Shown in pieces: positions 23,094 to 37,479 of a stretch of DNA of 64,000 nt (position 1 is the stretch's first letter; every line of letters starts with the position of its first letter). The stretch spans positions 4,660,698-4,724,697 of the forward strand of contig OZ037765.1 in NCBI GenBank assembly GCA_964035545.1, written 5' to 3'. The notes under the pieces were generated by a model. That model made no database searches. It saw only the letters and a program-made list of their open reading frames with translations, and had not been told where the DNA came from. Both the position numbers and the translations under genes were made by a program. This stretch comes from Bugula neritina (Eukaryota > Animalia > Bryozoa).

Positions 23094-26000
23094 ATGAAGT
23101 CTTATTTGGAGATACTTTTCATCCTGCTGGGATCAAGTTTATTGATATCTGCACTCGATTCACTGGAAACAGAGGTATTTCCATTAACTTCTTTATTTGA
23201 GTTCAATGATATTTCCCAATGATGTTTGGTTAATGCTCTTATCGCTGTAATAGTTTATATTGCTATTGCCTATTAGTATGTTACTATGTACAGCTAGTCT
23301 ACTTTAGTATTGTTATAGATGATTTTTGTCTCAATAGAATTAGAAATGGAAATTCAGGTGAATTTGGAATTTCATCTCTTTTTTATAATTATCAGGTCCT
23401 GAATAAAAAATTAAGTCAATTTACACCAATTATTGGAATAGCTGATGGAAATTGGTGCTTACTAATTTAAGTCTGTTTGTTTACTAAAAAATGCCAATCT
23501 AATTAAGATTGCTATCAATAAATCATAATCATGGCTGCCAGTAGAAAACTTTTAAAATTGGCAGTTTTGTCTAATTTTCAGGATGTTTAAATACTCAGAA
23601 ATGTTTAATGAAAAGTGATGCAATCCTCAACCCATTTACTTGCAGCTATTCCTTTGTAGGGTTCTGGGACAGTAGATGATGACGATGACATCTACATTCA
23701 GTTTTCTAGTGGCGTAGGTGAGTTTCTGCTCTAGATGTCAATGTAGTTGATCGGTGATCACCTCTCATGGAAGTACAGAATTTTATCTCATTTTGTAGAA
23801 TTGAAACTCTTAGATTTTCACTTAGATCTCTTAAAAATGTTGAACCAGTTGAAGTTAGCTGTTGCGATACCTAAAAATAAGATAATTTATGTAAACAGGA
23901 ACAGCATCTATTGTTTAAAATTTCGTTTATTTTATTTCAAGTTCTAAAATTCCTAGTTTGTACATAAACGTGAAAGCAGAACAATAATCTCAACCAAACA
24001 CAAGAAATAAATAAAACATTTAAAATACAGACTGCTTTTGGCCAGATCACATGTTAACTAGATGTAGTAGTTAGAGGTGAAGAAATTTCAACAACCGGGA
24101 GTTCTTTTATTGTCTAAATAAATTTTGATTTGCTGGTTCAGTTGAGAATTAACCCAGAACATAACTTCTTTTAAGATATTTAGTCAATTTCTCATCATTG
24201 AATATAGTACCTAACATGTTGGGGTAACAGTGAATTAGTTTTGATTAGATGGCCAAACGTCAGCTCTACTGTAAGTTCTAAAGCTAACTCAGCTGTCTCA
24301 ATACGCACTGTATGTAGAGGTGCAGTTGGTCTCGCACTCGACTATTTTTCAGACAATTATTATTATTAGTGAATGCAACTAAAGGAATATTAAACAAATT
24401 CTGCCGCATCAACTCCCAAGAGCTTTTGTAGAAGTCCAAAATTAGTCTGCCATATGTCTTAGTGTTGCTTAGGTTATCAAAAGTAAACCCCAGCTTTCCC
24501 CATGTTTATAAGCCTCGCGAACCATCTTTAAGCCTCTCTTCTGCATTGGGTTACGACTAACTCGAAGGATAATAGGCCTAGCAACGTAAGTAGAGCACTG
24601 AACTACACCAGCCTAGCCCATTAATCCTGGCTAATACTCGTACTAATTTCACTCGGATCGCTGGACACCGTGACTAGGTAATGAGTTCAGACTGAAGCAA
24701 TGATTAGCTACGCTATAGGCAGCTAACAATGCTACACTGTAGTGTTTTATTGTTATCTCGAATTGCTTCAAACTGATATGAAAGAAAGTTGTATTCTTAA
24801 AGTGTATATCGCAGCCACCTAAGCTAACAGTATGAATATTGACTGTATGAATCACCCAATGAATTCATCAAGTTGTATGAATTGCTTATACGTGTATTAT
24901 ACCGTCTTTTGCTGTTTAGAAATTGCCAATGCGTTAGCAAGTTAACAAACAATAGGTGTATTGTAAAGCTTCTATTTAACTGTGGATGTGTTATTTTGAC
25001 TCGTTGAATGTTTCGCAAGTTTTCTTTCCGGCTGGCATCAGAGGGGCAGCTTTACCTTCTCATTTTTAGCGTTAAGATACAATCAGCTTTGTTATGCACC
25101 AAGATTACTGAAAGATATAAATCTTATACTCAAGCTTTGAAAATCTTAGCATAGTTGTTAGCTTACGTGGGAGTTTGCCAAGAATGTTACCCAGTTACCC
25201 GGGTTCTTTTAAAATCGTCTTGAATAATATAATATTAGCATTTAACACTCTTGAAATTTTGTTAGAAACCAAATCTCGGAACAAGAATGAAAAATAGAAT
25301 TGATTTTATCCATTTATATCTAGCTGCAAAGGGTATTGGAAATCAAATTTACTGAATGTTATTTGCAACTAAAAATAGACTTGTAGGATATGAGGTATGC
25401 ATTCAACTATTACCGTTATGTTTCTGTCCAAATTAATTCCAGTTGGTCGACATTTCCTCTCAAACCATCCTCAAAGGGCTGACAAAGCAGGTTTATTGTT
25501 AACTTTCACTTTACTAAGACTTATTCTCTCTCGTTAGTAGAGAGTAGCGGTGGGGGAGCTGGCGATACCCTCCCTATAGACAATCAGAATATGAAGTGTT
25601 CAGACTTGTACTGTTGGTGTGTGGACAGCAGTGGCACGGAGGTACCCAACACCCGTATTTACGGGACAGTGGCTGAAAACTGCGCTCAGTACACTTCTAC
25701 AACTGAGAAGTCTACCACAAAGAAGAGACTTCTAGGAGCTGCACCTAAACTTGTGACAGGTAAAAAAACTGAATCAGTATTTCAATTATGTTTGTAATTC
25801 ATTGAGTTGAACTGAAATTTTTGAAGGTGGCAAATGGGACTGTAGTGTTAGTCTGTTTTCATACTGTGGCACTGCATAGGATATCTGCTATATATGTAAC
25901 AAAAACTATTGGGCTGGGATGGGCTATTCTACTGTGATATACGCTGCCATATGATGTAATAACGTCAGAGGCATCACTTAGCTGAGGGAACCAAACTGTA

Positions 26001-29000
26001 GACTGAATCCATCTCTCTCATCCACAATTAGGTTTTGGCTGAGTGCACAGTCCATTGATTTCCGATAAAATCTTTTCACGTATTTGTAACATTAGCTTAT
26101 TTTCTAATTTAGCATGGACTTAGCACAATTATGACATTCAGTGTGATATTTAATTGAGTCTTTTGTGTTTGATATCTCAACAGTATCCTTTGGGAGTTCA
26201 TTTATTGTAGACAATAGTTTATTTAGCACTCTAGCCATTGTGTTCTACTTTGGACTTTGACAAGAGTAGCTCTCCGTTTACAACTTTATGGACCAAGTGT
26301 TGGAATAAATGGAGTAGCCTACTGCCGTTCAACTGTTGTGAGTGAGTGGGCCAGTGTCAGTCATACAGCGTCAGTCAGTCATACAGCGTCAGTCAGTCAA
26401 TCTCAGTCATACAGTAGATTAGTCTCAGTTAAGTTGACTCCATTGCCATTCTATCTCCCTCCTTTACACTACTCTACACTCCTCTACGCTCAGTAAATAT
26501 GCAGGTGACTGCACAGATGTCCCTGCTTTCTATACTATGCTATTTGCATTATGGTTCTACTTCACTCTTTTATGCTGAATTCGTTTCTTGCTTTAAAGTG
26601 CAGGAAGAATATACGTGAGATATTGAAACTATAAATAACTGTTGAATAATTTAGGCACCTTATAAATTAGTCAATACACCTCTTCTTATTTCTTCTGCAA
26701 TGAGCTGTTATTCTCATATATATTTGGTGGGTTTTGAACTGATGAAAGGGTCAAGACTAGCTAAACAAGATGGTAGTTGAGAGAGTGGCAACTTTCTGAC
26801 CCTTAGTAAATACTAGAAGGAAGGGGGGGGGGTGCAGGATGTACCTATCTACTTATTGAATAGGGACTTAGTCTATGAGCTAGGCTGGCATCTTGATTAC
26901 TAACTGTATTATCTTTCTGCATAAATAAGAGACCAACAAACAATGGATTAATACTGTTATCACAGAGTGGTAATTCTACCAAGTGTGGTGGTGATGGGTT
27001 CTAATGGGCAGACCTGGCTTGTGTGATGGTGGTAATCTTTCAGGATTTAAGTCCACAGACATAATATAGCCATTATCATTGTTATTGGCTGTCATCTGTG
27101 CCACATAACAGCTGCCTTATCCCCTCTTGGATTCTGCTTGAGGAAAACCATTTTAACCCAACAGATCAGATTGTGTCTCTTTTTTAGTAAACTGTGTATT
27201 CTGTTGCTGTGGACAGACTAGCTTGTGCTCTTTAATCTATCTCTAAACTTTTTAGCCGTGGGTTTATTATGCCTCCCGCTACTCAGTGTATCATGACGAG
27301 TAAGAATTGAGTATTTTATTTGTAGAAGTCACAGAGACAGAGCCTACAGAGGATTTTGTGTTTGTTGACACAACTACAAAGGCAGCGACAGCGGTTGTCA
27401 CGGAGAAGTTGGAGAGCACCAGCCAGAAACCAGAAGTGGTCACCAAGAAACATACACCCACTAAGAAGCAGCCACCACCCCCTGTTGTGCTGGTCAAGTC
27501 TACACATAAGCCTGGATACTTTGACAATGAAATCAAAGGTTAGTCTTACTTCTTTCACTCTGACTCTCATTCTGACTCTTACTTTACTCTCATTCTACTG
27601 TCACTCTGACTCTACTCTCACTTTGACTCTTACTTTTTTCTCACCCTGACATGATAGACAGGGTTTTCCCGGACGGTTGTGTGTCCATGGAAAAGGAGAC
27701 TTCAGGGATTCTTATTTCAGCACTTGATGAGAGGAGGACTGTGATATTACCACGCTCTTGATATAAACCTTGGAAGTGGGATATTCCATATAAACACTGG
27801 AATATCCTGCTATTCAACATAATATAAAGTTTTCTAATGCATTGTTGAAGCCTTCAGTTACCTGACACACTGACAGGAACTGAGAGCACTTGCTTCTACT
27901 GACAAGCAAGTGACACTTGAACGCTTTATCATCACTCACTTGTGTCTTGACACTACAGATGACAACTATTCACAAAAAATAGCAGCGTTTGTTTACTGGT
28001 GGTTGCTAACAAAACATTTGCTCTGGTTGATTCATGACCTCCTAGCTCCCTCCATTGACCTGTACTCGTAAACCACCTCTGTGCTGCTATGGAATTCACG
28101 TCTATCACACTTTAGTAGGCTATGTGCAGCTTCTGTAGATGAATGTGAAATTCTAGCTAGCATTATATTATGTTAGATAATGTTTTATTAACTTCAGTGC
28201 AAGTCTTCTCCCTTTTCATGCCTCATTCAATAGGTTGTTAGCGATGTAATTCTAGGTGGTATTGATTTTAAATCAGAGAATGTCCGTCTCAGTCAGTTTT
28301 TATCCCTGCCTACATCCTGTAATTAGAATTCTTGGCTTCAGTATTTGAGCGACTCTTTAGTGGTTGTTCAATCATCATTAAAAGCAGCAGCTTCCAGTTT
28401 CTAGAGGAAAATGTCTTCGCATCAACTCCTGCCCTAGTGACAGCGAAATTTCATTTTACTTTTGACTTCAAATCTGAGATATTTCTCCAGCAACTAGTCA
28501 GGTTGAGTCTCCCAACAGCTGGTAGTCTGACCTATCCTTGTTGGCTCTTGGTCTTCTATTCACTCTAAAACTGCTGAGTTGATAAGGCAGCATGGGTACT
28601 AAAGGCAGCTTGTTTTGTTTATACCAGGGTATGTGGTTAGTTTGTGTAGAACAAAAAATGTCTTACCATAACAAAAATGTTTGTAATAAATGTGATGAAA
28701 GAATAATGTGAAGTACAAGCAGTATGATTGTCAGCATCAATTGTCAGTTTCAGAGTCAGCAAGCACCATCTGCTGTCGATCATCTGCTGCCTATTGTTCA
28801 TCAAATAAAACTGAAGAAATTTGACAAACCTTCCGATATCAATACATAATGTAAATTTGTTGCAGTGCGAAGTACAGCTAGGGTGAAGGTCATTGATGAG
28901 GAGAGAGAAGAGGAGACCAACTATATTGGAGGAGAAAACGGTTTATACAGTGCAGTAGTCAGAAAGGAAGACTTGCCTGCTGGGGGTATTATCTTCGCTC

Positions 29001-29701
29001 ACCCTGGCATACTGGCTGGTAAGACTTCATATCCAATTAAAAGATTCACAGGTGTCTAAAATAGCCTGTACTAGATAGGCGGACACTTCCCTGTAGATTA
29101 ACATGGCCTGTGGGAATTTTACTTTGTAATATCAGCTCTGTGCATTAACAGGAATGAAGTAGTGGCGTAACTTTAACTTTCTTCCTGCCTATTTAAGTAA
29201 TAGCTTGTCTAATGTTAGTGTCTTTTGTTTAATTGTTGAGCAAATATATGCCATTGGTTATTTTTTCTTTCCTGAAATTAGCAATGAGTCACCTCTTTTC
29301 AATAAATGAAAAAACTTGCATTGGAATTCCCAGTTACAGCAGTTTGAAATTATTGCTCCATTGTATTTCTTTTAATGTTAAATTCATTTCAAAATAAGTG
29401 CTCTGAGAAGTTGCATAAATTACTGCAAGCGCATTGTTTTCAAGTCTCTATTCATCTAGAAAGCAGATGCTAAGATGTAAGTTTGGTGATGGATGTTTTT
29501 GATGTAGAAATTTATAATTATAATTTTGTATTGGCAGCTATCATTGGTGGAGCCGTTGTGGGACTTCTCTGTGCCATCTTACTCATCATGTTCATAGTGT
29601 ACAGAATGAGGAAAAAAGACGAAGGAAGTTATCCCCTCAATGATACTAAACCAATGAATTACCAGTATGCTAGAGCTCCAAGTCGGGAGTTTTATGCCTG
29701 A
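23094..29701 (+). CDS. Sdc: Syndecan, transmembrane heparan-sulfate proteoglycan (~296 aa, 6 coding exons)
   Basis: Exons: 23094-23174 (signal peptide MKSYLEILFILLGSSLLISA), 23660-23717 (E|GSGTVDDDDD GAG site), 25538-25759, 27326-27538 (Thr/Pro-rich), 28866-29018, 29538-29701. The TM segment 'AIIGGAVVGLLCAILLIMFIVY', the C1 region 'RMRKKDEGSY' and the C-terminal PDZ ligand 'EFYA' are diagnostic. Confidence 0.95.
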
Positions 29702-32363
29702 GAGTTATCTCCCCCAAGTAGTAATACCAGCCATATATAACAGCACCAACTCACCAGCTTCGATTTAATATCATGTTTCACTTTTTGTAGTCGAACCATT
29801 TTTTCATCAATGAATTTCAATAAAAAAAAATTGATTCACTTTATATCATTTGTAGCTACTTAATTTTTATAAAGTACTTATGAATAGGTAGTAATGTATA
29901 TTTCATTTTTACACTAGCATTGATGTGCTTTGGATTTTACACTTTCTCCTACTTAATTCATTTGTAATGTGTAACATTTCAATGCTTTAGTTAAACTAGA
30001 CCATTTTATTAGTATTGTGAGATTTCTGTAGTTCAAGCATGTGTATGATACTCAAATTCTAGAATCTTCAACCAGTACCAAACATCTTCCATACTCTGTG
30101 GAAAATAAGAGCTCCTTTTCACTTTTTCAATACTAGTTTAAATTAGATTTGTGTTTCATCAGTTGTAATTATCAGTTTGAATTTATCAGTTGGAATTATA
30201 CAACCTACAATGGAAATACATGTCTGCAACTAAGTTGTAAAAAAAACTAGCGTTTAAATTTTCCACCAAGGCGCTACACAACTTTGTCATTTATAATTCT
30301 TCAATCATGTATCAGACTGGCTTCTTCATATTTATATCAGTTTATATATTATATCAATTTTTTCTCTATTTTTAATAAAACATAATACACCCTAAGCTCC
30401 ACTGTTGGTTTTAATTATATTTAAATAATTTATAAAAACATTGACACAAACAGCTGGTCAGATAGTTCATCTGCATCTACTTATCTTGGAATGTTTTTCC
30501 TTAGTTATGTCATCTCAGTACTGACTGAAGATAGCATGGAAGCACTTATTGGAAATCAAGTACCACCGCACAATGTTCACGCACAACTGATAATGATTCA
30601 CAAATTTCAGGACTTGTGTACACAAGTCCTCCAAACTTGATAACATTTCAACTATAGAGCTTGAAACTATTTCATTTTATGACAACAAGTTTGGCTGAAA
30701 GATTTGTTTAGATTTCCTCTTTTATGTAAGTATATGTCACCTAATGACACTCAATACTTGCTGTATACGAAGTGTGGACCATACAGAGGATAATTAGTCA
30801 AATATATAATAATTTACCATCTGGTTGTACATGGCTAGATCTTGAATAAGCTACGTATGGTCACTCGTAATATTGGCAACTAACTCCAGAATCTTGACCT
30901 GTAAGTCTACACTTGATGGAAGCCAAGTGTGAAAAAATCCAGCCACAGGTGAAAAAACTCCTCAAGCTGTGATCATGTGACGAAATACCCCCCCCCCATG
31001 CGAATGTTGCGTATTTTAAGGCATTTGGTGAAACTGGCGAGGTTGTGCTATGGCGAATAGCAGTAGCAGTAAACGGAAGTATCTCTGCAGGGCAGAGTGT
31101 TGAACTTTCATGCAACACAATTGATCAGTTTTGGGGGCTTGCATAGATTGGGTAAAAAGGCTGATCCATTTTCCCAAATAACAAGTGGGAAACCTACATG
31201 CTACTGTGTCGATATGCTGCAGTTTAAAAGGCAGTATTTCAACATGATTTCTATTAACATCGTTTTTCTTCTACAAGTGTTGCAACTTTTAAATATTGCA
31301 CATGAGTTTATATATACAAGTTTATGAAATGTAATTTATAACATATGAGCCATACTCGCAAACCAGCTGATGAAAATTTAAATGCAATACCCGATTATCT
31401 GTTTATACTTTCAATTTATACAACTTTAGTGATAAATATAGAATTTCAACAGTTGCATGTTAATAATTTGCATATACCAGATACAAATATCTCACAAATG
31501 TTCATATATTATAAATTCTATAGTTCTAATGGGATAAAATCTCATTATGCATGAGATTTGCCAAACACATTTCCTATGGGTATACATAAGTCATTGTTTT
31601 ACACAGCCAAGTTTTACAACAAAATTTAAATTTAAGCCATCAAACCAGGACCTAAATTTGTCCACAAAATAACATTTCCTAACAGAACTCTCAGTAGTAT
31701 ATTATGTACTGTGATGGATGAATGAACGTAGGTAATCCAAGAACTATAACAGCTACAGTGGAGGCAAAAATAGCTCGTAATGAATAAATGTATTGACCTA
31801 GCTTACTAGGTCAGGTTTCGTGTTAAGTTAGTAGAGTTAAAGAATGAGAAGCTGCTGTGCCATATGCTATGCATTAAGTTATGCAATCGCACTGTTTCAA
31901 TAAGAACAAGTGTGGGACTTGCTATTTGGAAAGCTGATCACATGCCTTTCCTATGACGGTGACTAAGTGTTAGCTGTAAGTTTAAAAGCTAAAAACAAAA
32001 TAAAAGGCAATAGGTATTAGTCAGTACTAACTAATACTTTTATTATTAAAATGATAACAACCATGAAAATGACACTTTGCTATAACAAAAGAAAATGTTG
32101 CAATCTATACATACAAATATTCCTCAAGTGTTTCAACTTTTTATACAACACCAGCAAGTAATTTTACTTATTACATAATTAGTAGCAAGTGTTTTACACA
32201 AAGCTTCACTAATAGCACTTAGTGTCAATAAAACAATTGGAATATATAAATTATATAATATAGAATACACAGTGATTAAGAGCAATACAATAACATAATA
32301 GAACAAATGAGAGGGAGAGAGAGCGACATAACAATACAATGAGATAATACACTCTGTTCTGTA

Positions 32364-35300
32364 TCACCAGGAGCTGTACCCATCATCTTCTGAGAAAAGC
32401 ATGAAGAAGCCGAGAATAGTAAAAAAGACGACCGTGTTACCAGCCAGTACTAATCCTGCATCAGACCATAGTATCTAAAAACACACACAAATATTAAATT
32501 AATATATCACTACATTTCCATAGCACAGAAAGGATTTATAGTTTGTTAAAGTCAATAGACAGTCAGACTTTTATTCACTAGAGTGATAGAAGACAGTATC
32601 CAAAAGGTAACAAAAGGTCTGACAACATTAAAAATCCAATTTACACATTTACTTTACACTTTCCCTCTATTAATTAGCATATTTCCCTGCTTAAACCCGA
32701 CCTATTCAACACCTCTGCTTTCTGTGTTGATTTAGAGATTAAGAGCATTGAAATGAATACTCTAGAAGGTTTGTAGCACTTGGCATGACGTCCACCGACC
32801 ACATATCAAGAGTTGTGAAGTTTATTGAAATCTGAACTCCACATGATTTTGCTGAAGTAATTATGAATGATGTGCACCATGCCCTACGTAGTCAATTATA
32901 GCCTCAAGAATCATTCTCTCTATACAATCACATTCTCTTCTCTTAATTTGATATTTAAACACAATACATTAGCCAGGAGTGATTTGAAAATTTCAATATT
33001 TGTTATAGATACAAAAGAGAGAGAAACTATGCACAGCAATAGGCGCAGCAGTCAATTTAAACAGAATACTAGTGCATAGTATTTAAAAATTACTGTATAC
33101 TATATAATACAAATGCTATATTTTACTACAATATTGTAGTAGCTGTAGATATCTCTAAGTACATCTCATTATACTAATGTCATCAAGTTTAAAAACAAAA
33201 TCCTAAGTAATATCAGCCTGACAAGAGCTGGCCAGACAAATATGCCAACACCCTGACATGTCTATTAATATTTATGATTATGAACAATGATGTATTGATA
33301 GATATTAATCACTTATACAGAAAGATTGAATTCCATACAATTCATCCATAATTAAATTTCATATAATATAGAATAGTTGACCAGTGCCCAGCAGCTGTGT
33401 GAAACTGGTTTGTTTTATAGAGAGCTTTCACTGCCTCCATTTATCAACAGTTGATTCATTCATTTGAGTGAATGGCTTGTATCTTAATATTAAATATTTT
33501 AGTTTATATTTAATCTAGTTTATTTACTGTCTCGAGACGAATACTGAGAAAGAGTACAACATAAACAATAAAGGTTGTCTTCTCATGAACACAACAATTG
33601 TAGATCAGATAACTCCAAGTATATCACTGCATGCAAATTTATGTAAATGGAGAAGATAAAAGCATAATTACTTATCGCCACTGCATAATGACACACCCGT
33701 GAACATATTGTAGAATGAGTCATACTCACTATTGGACTAGCTAGAGGCGAGTGAGCCAGCAATATAGGTAGACCGTATGCAGACGTAACTATCACAGCAG
33801 TTATAAATAAACAGATCTCATTCAGAAGGCTGCTAGCTGCATCTAGCTCCGTCCTCCTGGCTATTAATGTGGGTATTGGAGTTAGGAAGTAACACAGCAG
33901 CACAAACATTGGCCACCAATTGCTACAACACAGTATATTAGTAAACTAGTGTATGCTATATATGACTAGCATAGAAATGAAGTCATTCAGCTCATGAGAA
34001 TTCCCCCTAAACACATTTGTTGATTTTAAACGTCTAGAAATTTCTATTTGATATAAAATATTGATTATAGAGGGTGGATTATAGAGGTGCAATCAACCAT
34101 CCATTATATTACAAATGATGATATTCGCAATGCTATTGTTGGACATCTAACTTTAAACTATGCATCAGTTGTTCCAAAGAAACTAAGTAGTACTACTGTT
34201 CATAATATGTAGAACATGGGTGGGCAACTTCTTTTGCTCAAAGGGCCAAGTTCAGAAGTCAGCCAAAACAAAGGGCCACATGATTGTATAAATGATAAAT
34301 TTTATTATAATAAAGTAATTTGTCACCAAACCTATACTGTGCTAATTAGAATAACAATGACAGTTTATACTTATCCTAAGCATTAAAAAGGGCATTGAAA
34401 AATGGGCCACAAGTGGCCCTGGGGCCCCCAGTTGCCTACCCCTGATATAGAATAAGGTATAAATCACCACCAAATTTGATAATCCTTATTTAAAAAAACA
34501 ATAATTTTGGGAGTCACTTTCTCAATAACTGAAATACAAGAGGACTGCACTTCACACCTGTCGTTTATTAAAAGCATGCCATTCAAGAGTAGCGTATGCT
34601 TAGACACTATAAGACTATCTGTTAAAATGCGAAAAATTGTATGTGAAAAATAACATAATTGACCCAAAAAACTTTGCAACTGTTAACTAAAAATAGGGAG
34701 ACCTACAGCCATATATTCCATCCTAATTTCATGATCTCTGATTATTAAAATAAATAACAAAATAATTTAAATTGCCTCTATTATCCATCATAGGTATCAG
34801 ACAAGGCTGGGGCAATAGGCAAGACAAGTGACTCATTGTGCAAGTTTAACAAGACCTATTTTGTGTTAACATACAGGTAGGTCACACAGCTAATTATTCA
34901 CTTTAATGTCCCCATACTCACCTGTGAAGAGCACATCCTAGTACCAGCAATGTTATACCAATAGCAGCAAGAAAAGCCAAACCAATAATGGCTACAAAAT
35001 ACCATAAAAACAAATTATATTTTTAGGTGAGCTACACAGTATCTAAATATTTAAACTAAATAAGCAACCTATTGAATAAGAAAACAAAAAGTGATGAAAC
35101 CTTTCAGCTTTCAAACTACAAAAACATTTAACAATCATAAAGAAAAGTCTCAAATAAGTTTGCGATTGACCGTTGCCTCAAAAACAAAATCTCTTTGAAA
35201 AGTCACAAGTAAAACATGTTTTTATCAAAACTTACAAAAACACGTCTTCATTAAAAATACATGGTGGAAAAACTTTAGAAAATGGTTATAGCACTATTCA

Positions 35301-37479
35301 ATGAAAATTGAACAAACTAGCACATGAAAAGCATGGTAAAACAGCAATTTTCATTCTAATATATGCATGTCGGAATTACAAAAACCTAAATGCTGAGCTA
35401 CTGGTATAGAACATCCTATAGAACACCTTGAATGTTTATTGTTCAATGTTTTTTAATTTCACTGAGTTTTGATATAATGTTGCAGAATCATAGGTTAAAT
35501 ATCATTTTGGATGTTGATTGTCAATTTTCTAATTGTGTTCAACTCTGATAGGATTGTTACAGAAACATAATTGTAATTAGTGCTGTAGTTTTTCCAATTG
35601 TGCATGCATAATTTAGGTTAAATTAACTATTGCAAGGCAGATTAAATCTGATAAATCTCAATTCTGTGATATAATCTAATTCTTTAAAAATGAAATGTAT
35701 TTTCAATAAAGAATTTAAAGGTATAACATGTCATATAGTTAGTGGGTTACAGTTGCATAACATATTGTCAACCAAATTCAACAGTATTATGATCCGACCT
35801 ATAATGTTTCAAAAAGTTCTCAACTGTTGAAACACCAACAACACGTTCTGTCCATTTTCCATTATGGCAATGCTGGTGAGGAAATAACTATGTTTGTTAA
35901 ATTGCGTGAAGGCTTTCCTTCAACAGTAAATAACTTTTTTTGCTATTTCTGAATGCTTGCAACATGATATTATCTTTAGAGTGATTTTAACTTTATGCTT
36001 TGCTCAGCTCAACTTTCAAACTAGCTTTAACCTCAAATAGCAAATGGGTAGTCAATATTATGCTACTTAACATGCAGCCAAACCCAAGTCAGTCAGGTTG
36101 ATCAGAAAATAGCTTCTGCCTTTATACCATCAGGTACCATGAAAATAACTTGAACCCACAACAATAACTATTATAATTATTAATTAACAATATTTTTACA
36201 TTAGACACTAGTAAAACCTGAGCAAGCTGCATAGTTGAGACTATCATTAATTTTGATTATTTTGAGGTTGACAGATGCACCGTAACTAATCAACAATTTG
36301 TTTTAACAGAACAAACCGTGATTTACAAGAAAAAATTTGTAAGCAGTTGATTTGGAGAAATTATCAAAGTAAAGTGTTTTGTACAAACAAGAACTACTCA
36401 TATACCTAAAGGCTAAAAGTATATTATTTAATTGAAATTGTTTTCAAAGTAAAAAAGTAATATTTATAATTCTAAAACCTTCAAGACAGGGAACAATGAA
36501 CTCAATTCCTCAAGTTTATGTCACATTTCTCTTATAGTTAGACTCAAGAGAAGAGCAGAAGATGTATTTCAACATGACGATCAAATCACAAAAATCATAA
36601 AGTTAAACTTGAAGTTAAAGACATATATCAATAATAATGACAGTATCAGCAAGTCTGTAACTGTATATTAAAACTGTAACTGTACAAGACTACAAGTAAA
36701 AGTTTATTAATTATAAATTAACTTTTACTCAAGTGCTCCAATTTTATGAGGTAAAAAATAAACATTCGTATTACTATTACCGCAATTATAATACTGATAC
36801 TTATACTACTAGTAGAGTAGTACTAGTTACTATTAGATTTCGTAAATAATATCCCATTCACTATTACAATTATTTATAGTAATAGTAATACATTTAGATT
36901 TATACTATTGCCATATCAATTGTCATTGTCATTGTGACTGTGATACCCAGAAGAGTTAATAAGTCATATTGATTAGTGATAATATCAATATGTTATCGTT
37001 ATTACTATGAGTATGAGTATCTCATCCACCGAGTATGGCTATAACTATGAGTATAACAATGAGTATGAGTATCACTATCAGTAAGACTATCATTATCGAT
37101 ATCAGATTCAATAACATAACTATGGCTATAGTCTAAGTCGAACTAGTAGAACTAGAAAGATCAAAGAACACTTACACTAGTAGTAGCAGTCACACTGGCA
37201 GTCACAGAGACACTCACTCTCACTATGAGTATGAGTTGAGTATGAGTATCAGTAGGACTTTGACAGGTTTGACTAGACCTAGTCACCCGAGTTTACTTTT
37301 ACTTAAAAGGTAATTTACCAAAACTCAAAAGTATAAAAATCAGATCAAATATTATCAAAATTATACATCTAATTCCTAACTATGATACCAACCGTCTGCT
37401 TTTATTATTACTAAGATATTTAATTTCAACTTTTAGTGGATTAACTTAAACTCATTTGTTTACCTCGGACACCAGCCAT
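32364..37479 (-). CDS. LEPROT: Endospanin / leptin receptor gene-related protein (Vps55 family), 129 aa, 4 exons
   Basis: Minus-strand exons 37479-37464, 34991-34922, 33922-33730 and 32474-32364 join to MAGVRAIIGLAFLAAIGITLLVLGCALHSNWWPMFVLLCYFLTPIP...FITAVIVTSAYGLPILLAH...LAGNTVVFFTILGFFMLFSEDDGYSSW. This matches the four-TM LEPROT/LEPROTL1 pattern. Confidence 0.93.
34215..34444. mobile_element. Non-autonomous hAT (Charlie-like) MITE in LEPROT intron 2
   Basis: TIRs CATGGGTGGGCAAC / GTTGCCTACCCCTG, flanked by an 8-bp TSD ATGTAGAA / ATATAGAA (1 mismatch). Internal GGGCC subterminal motifs are present. Confidence 0.75.
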
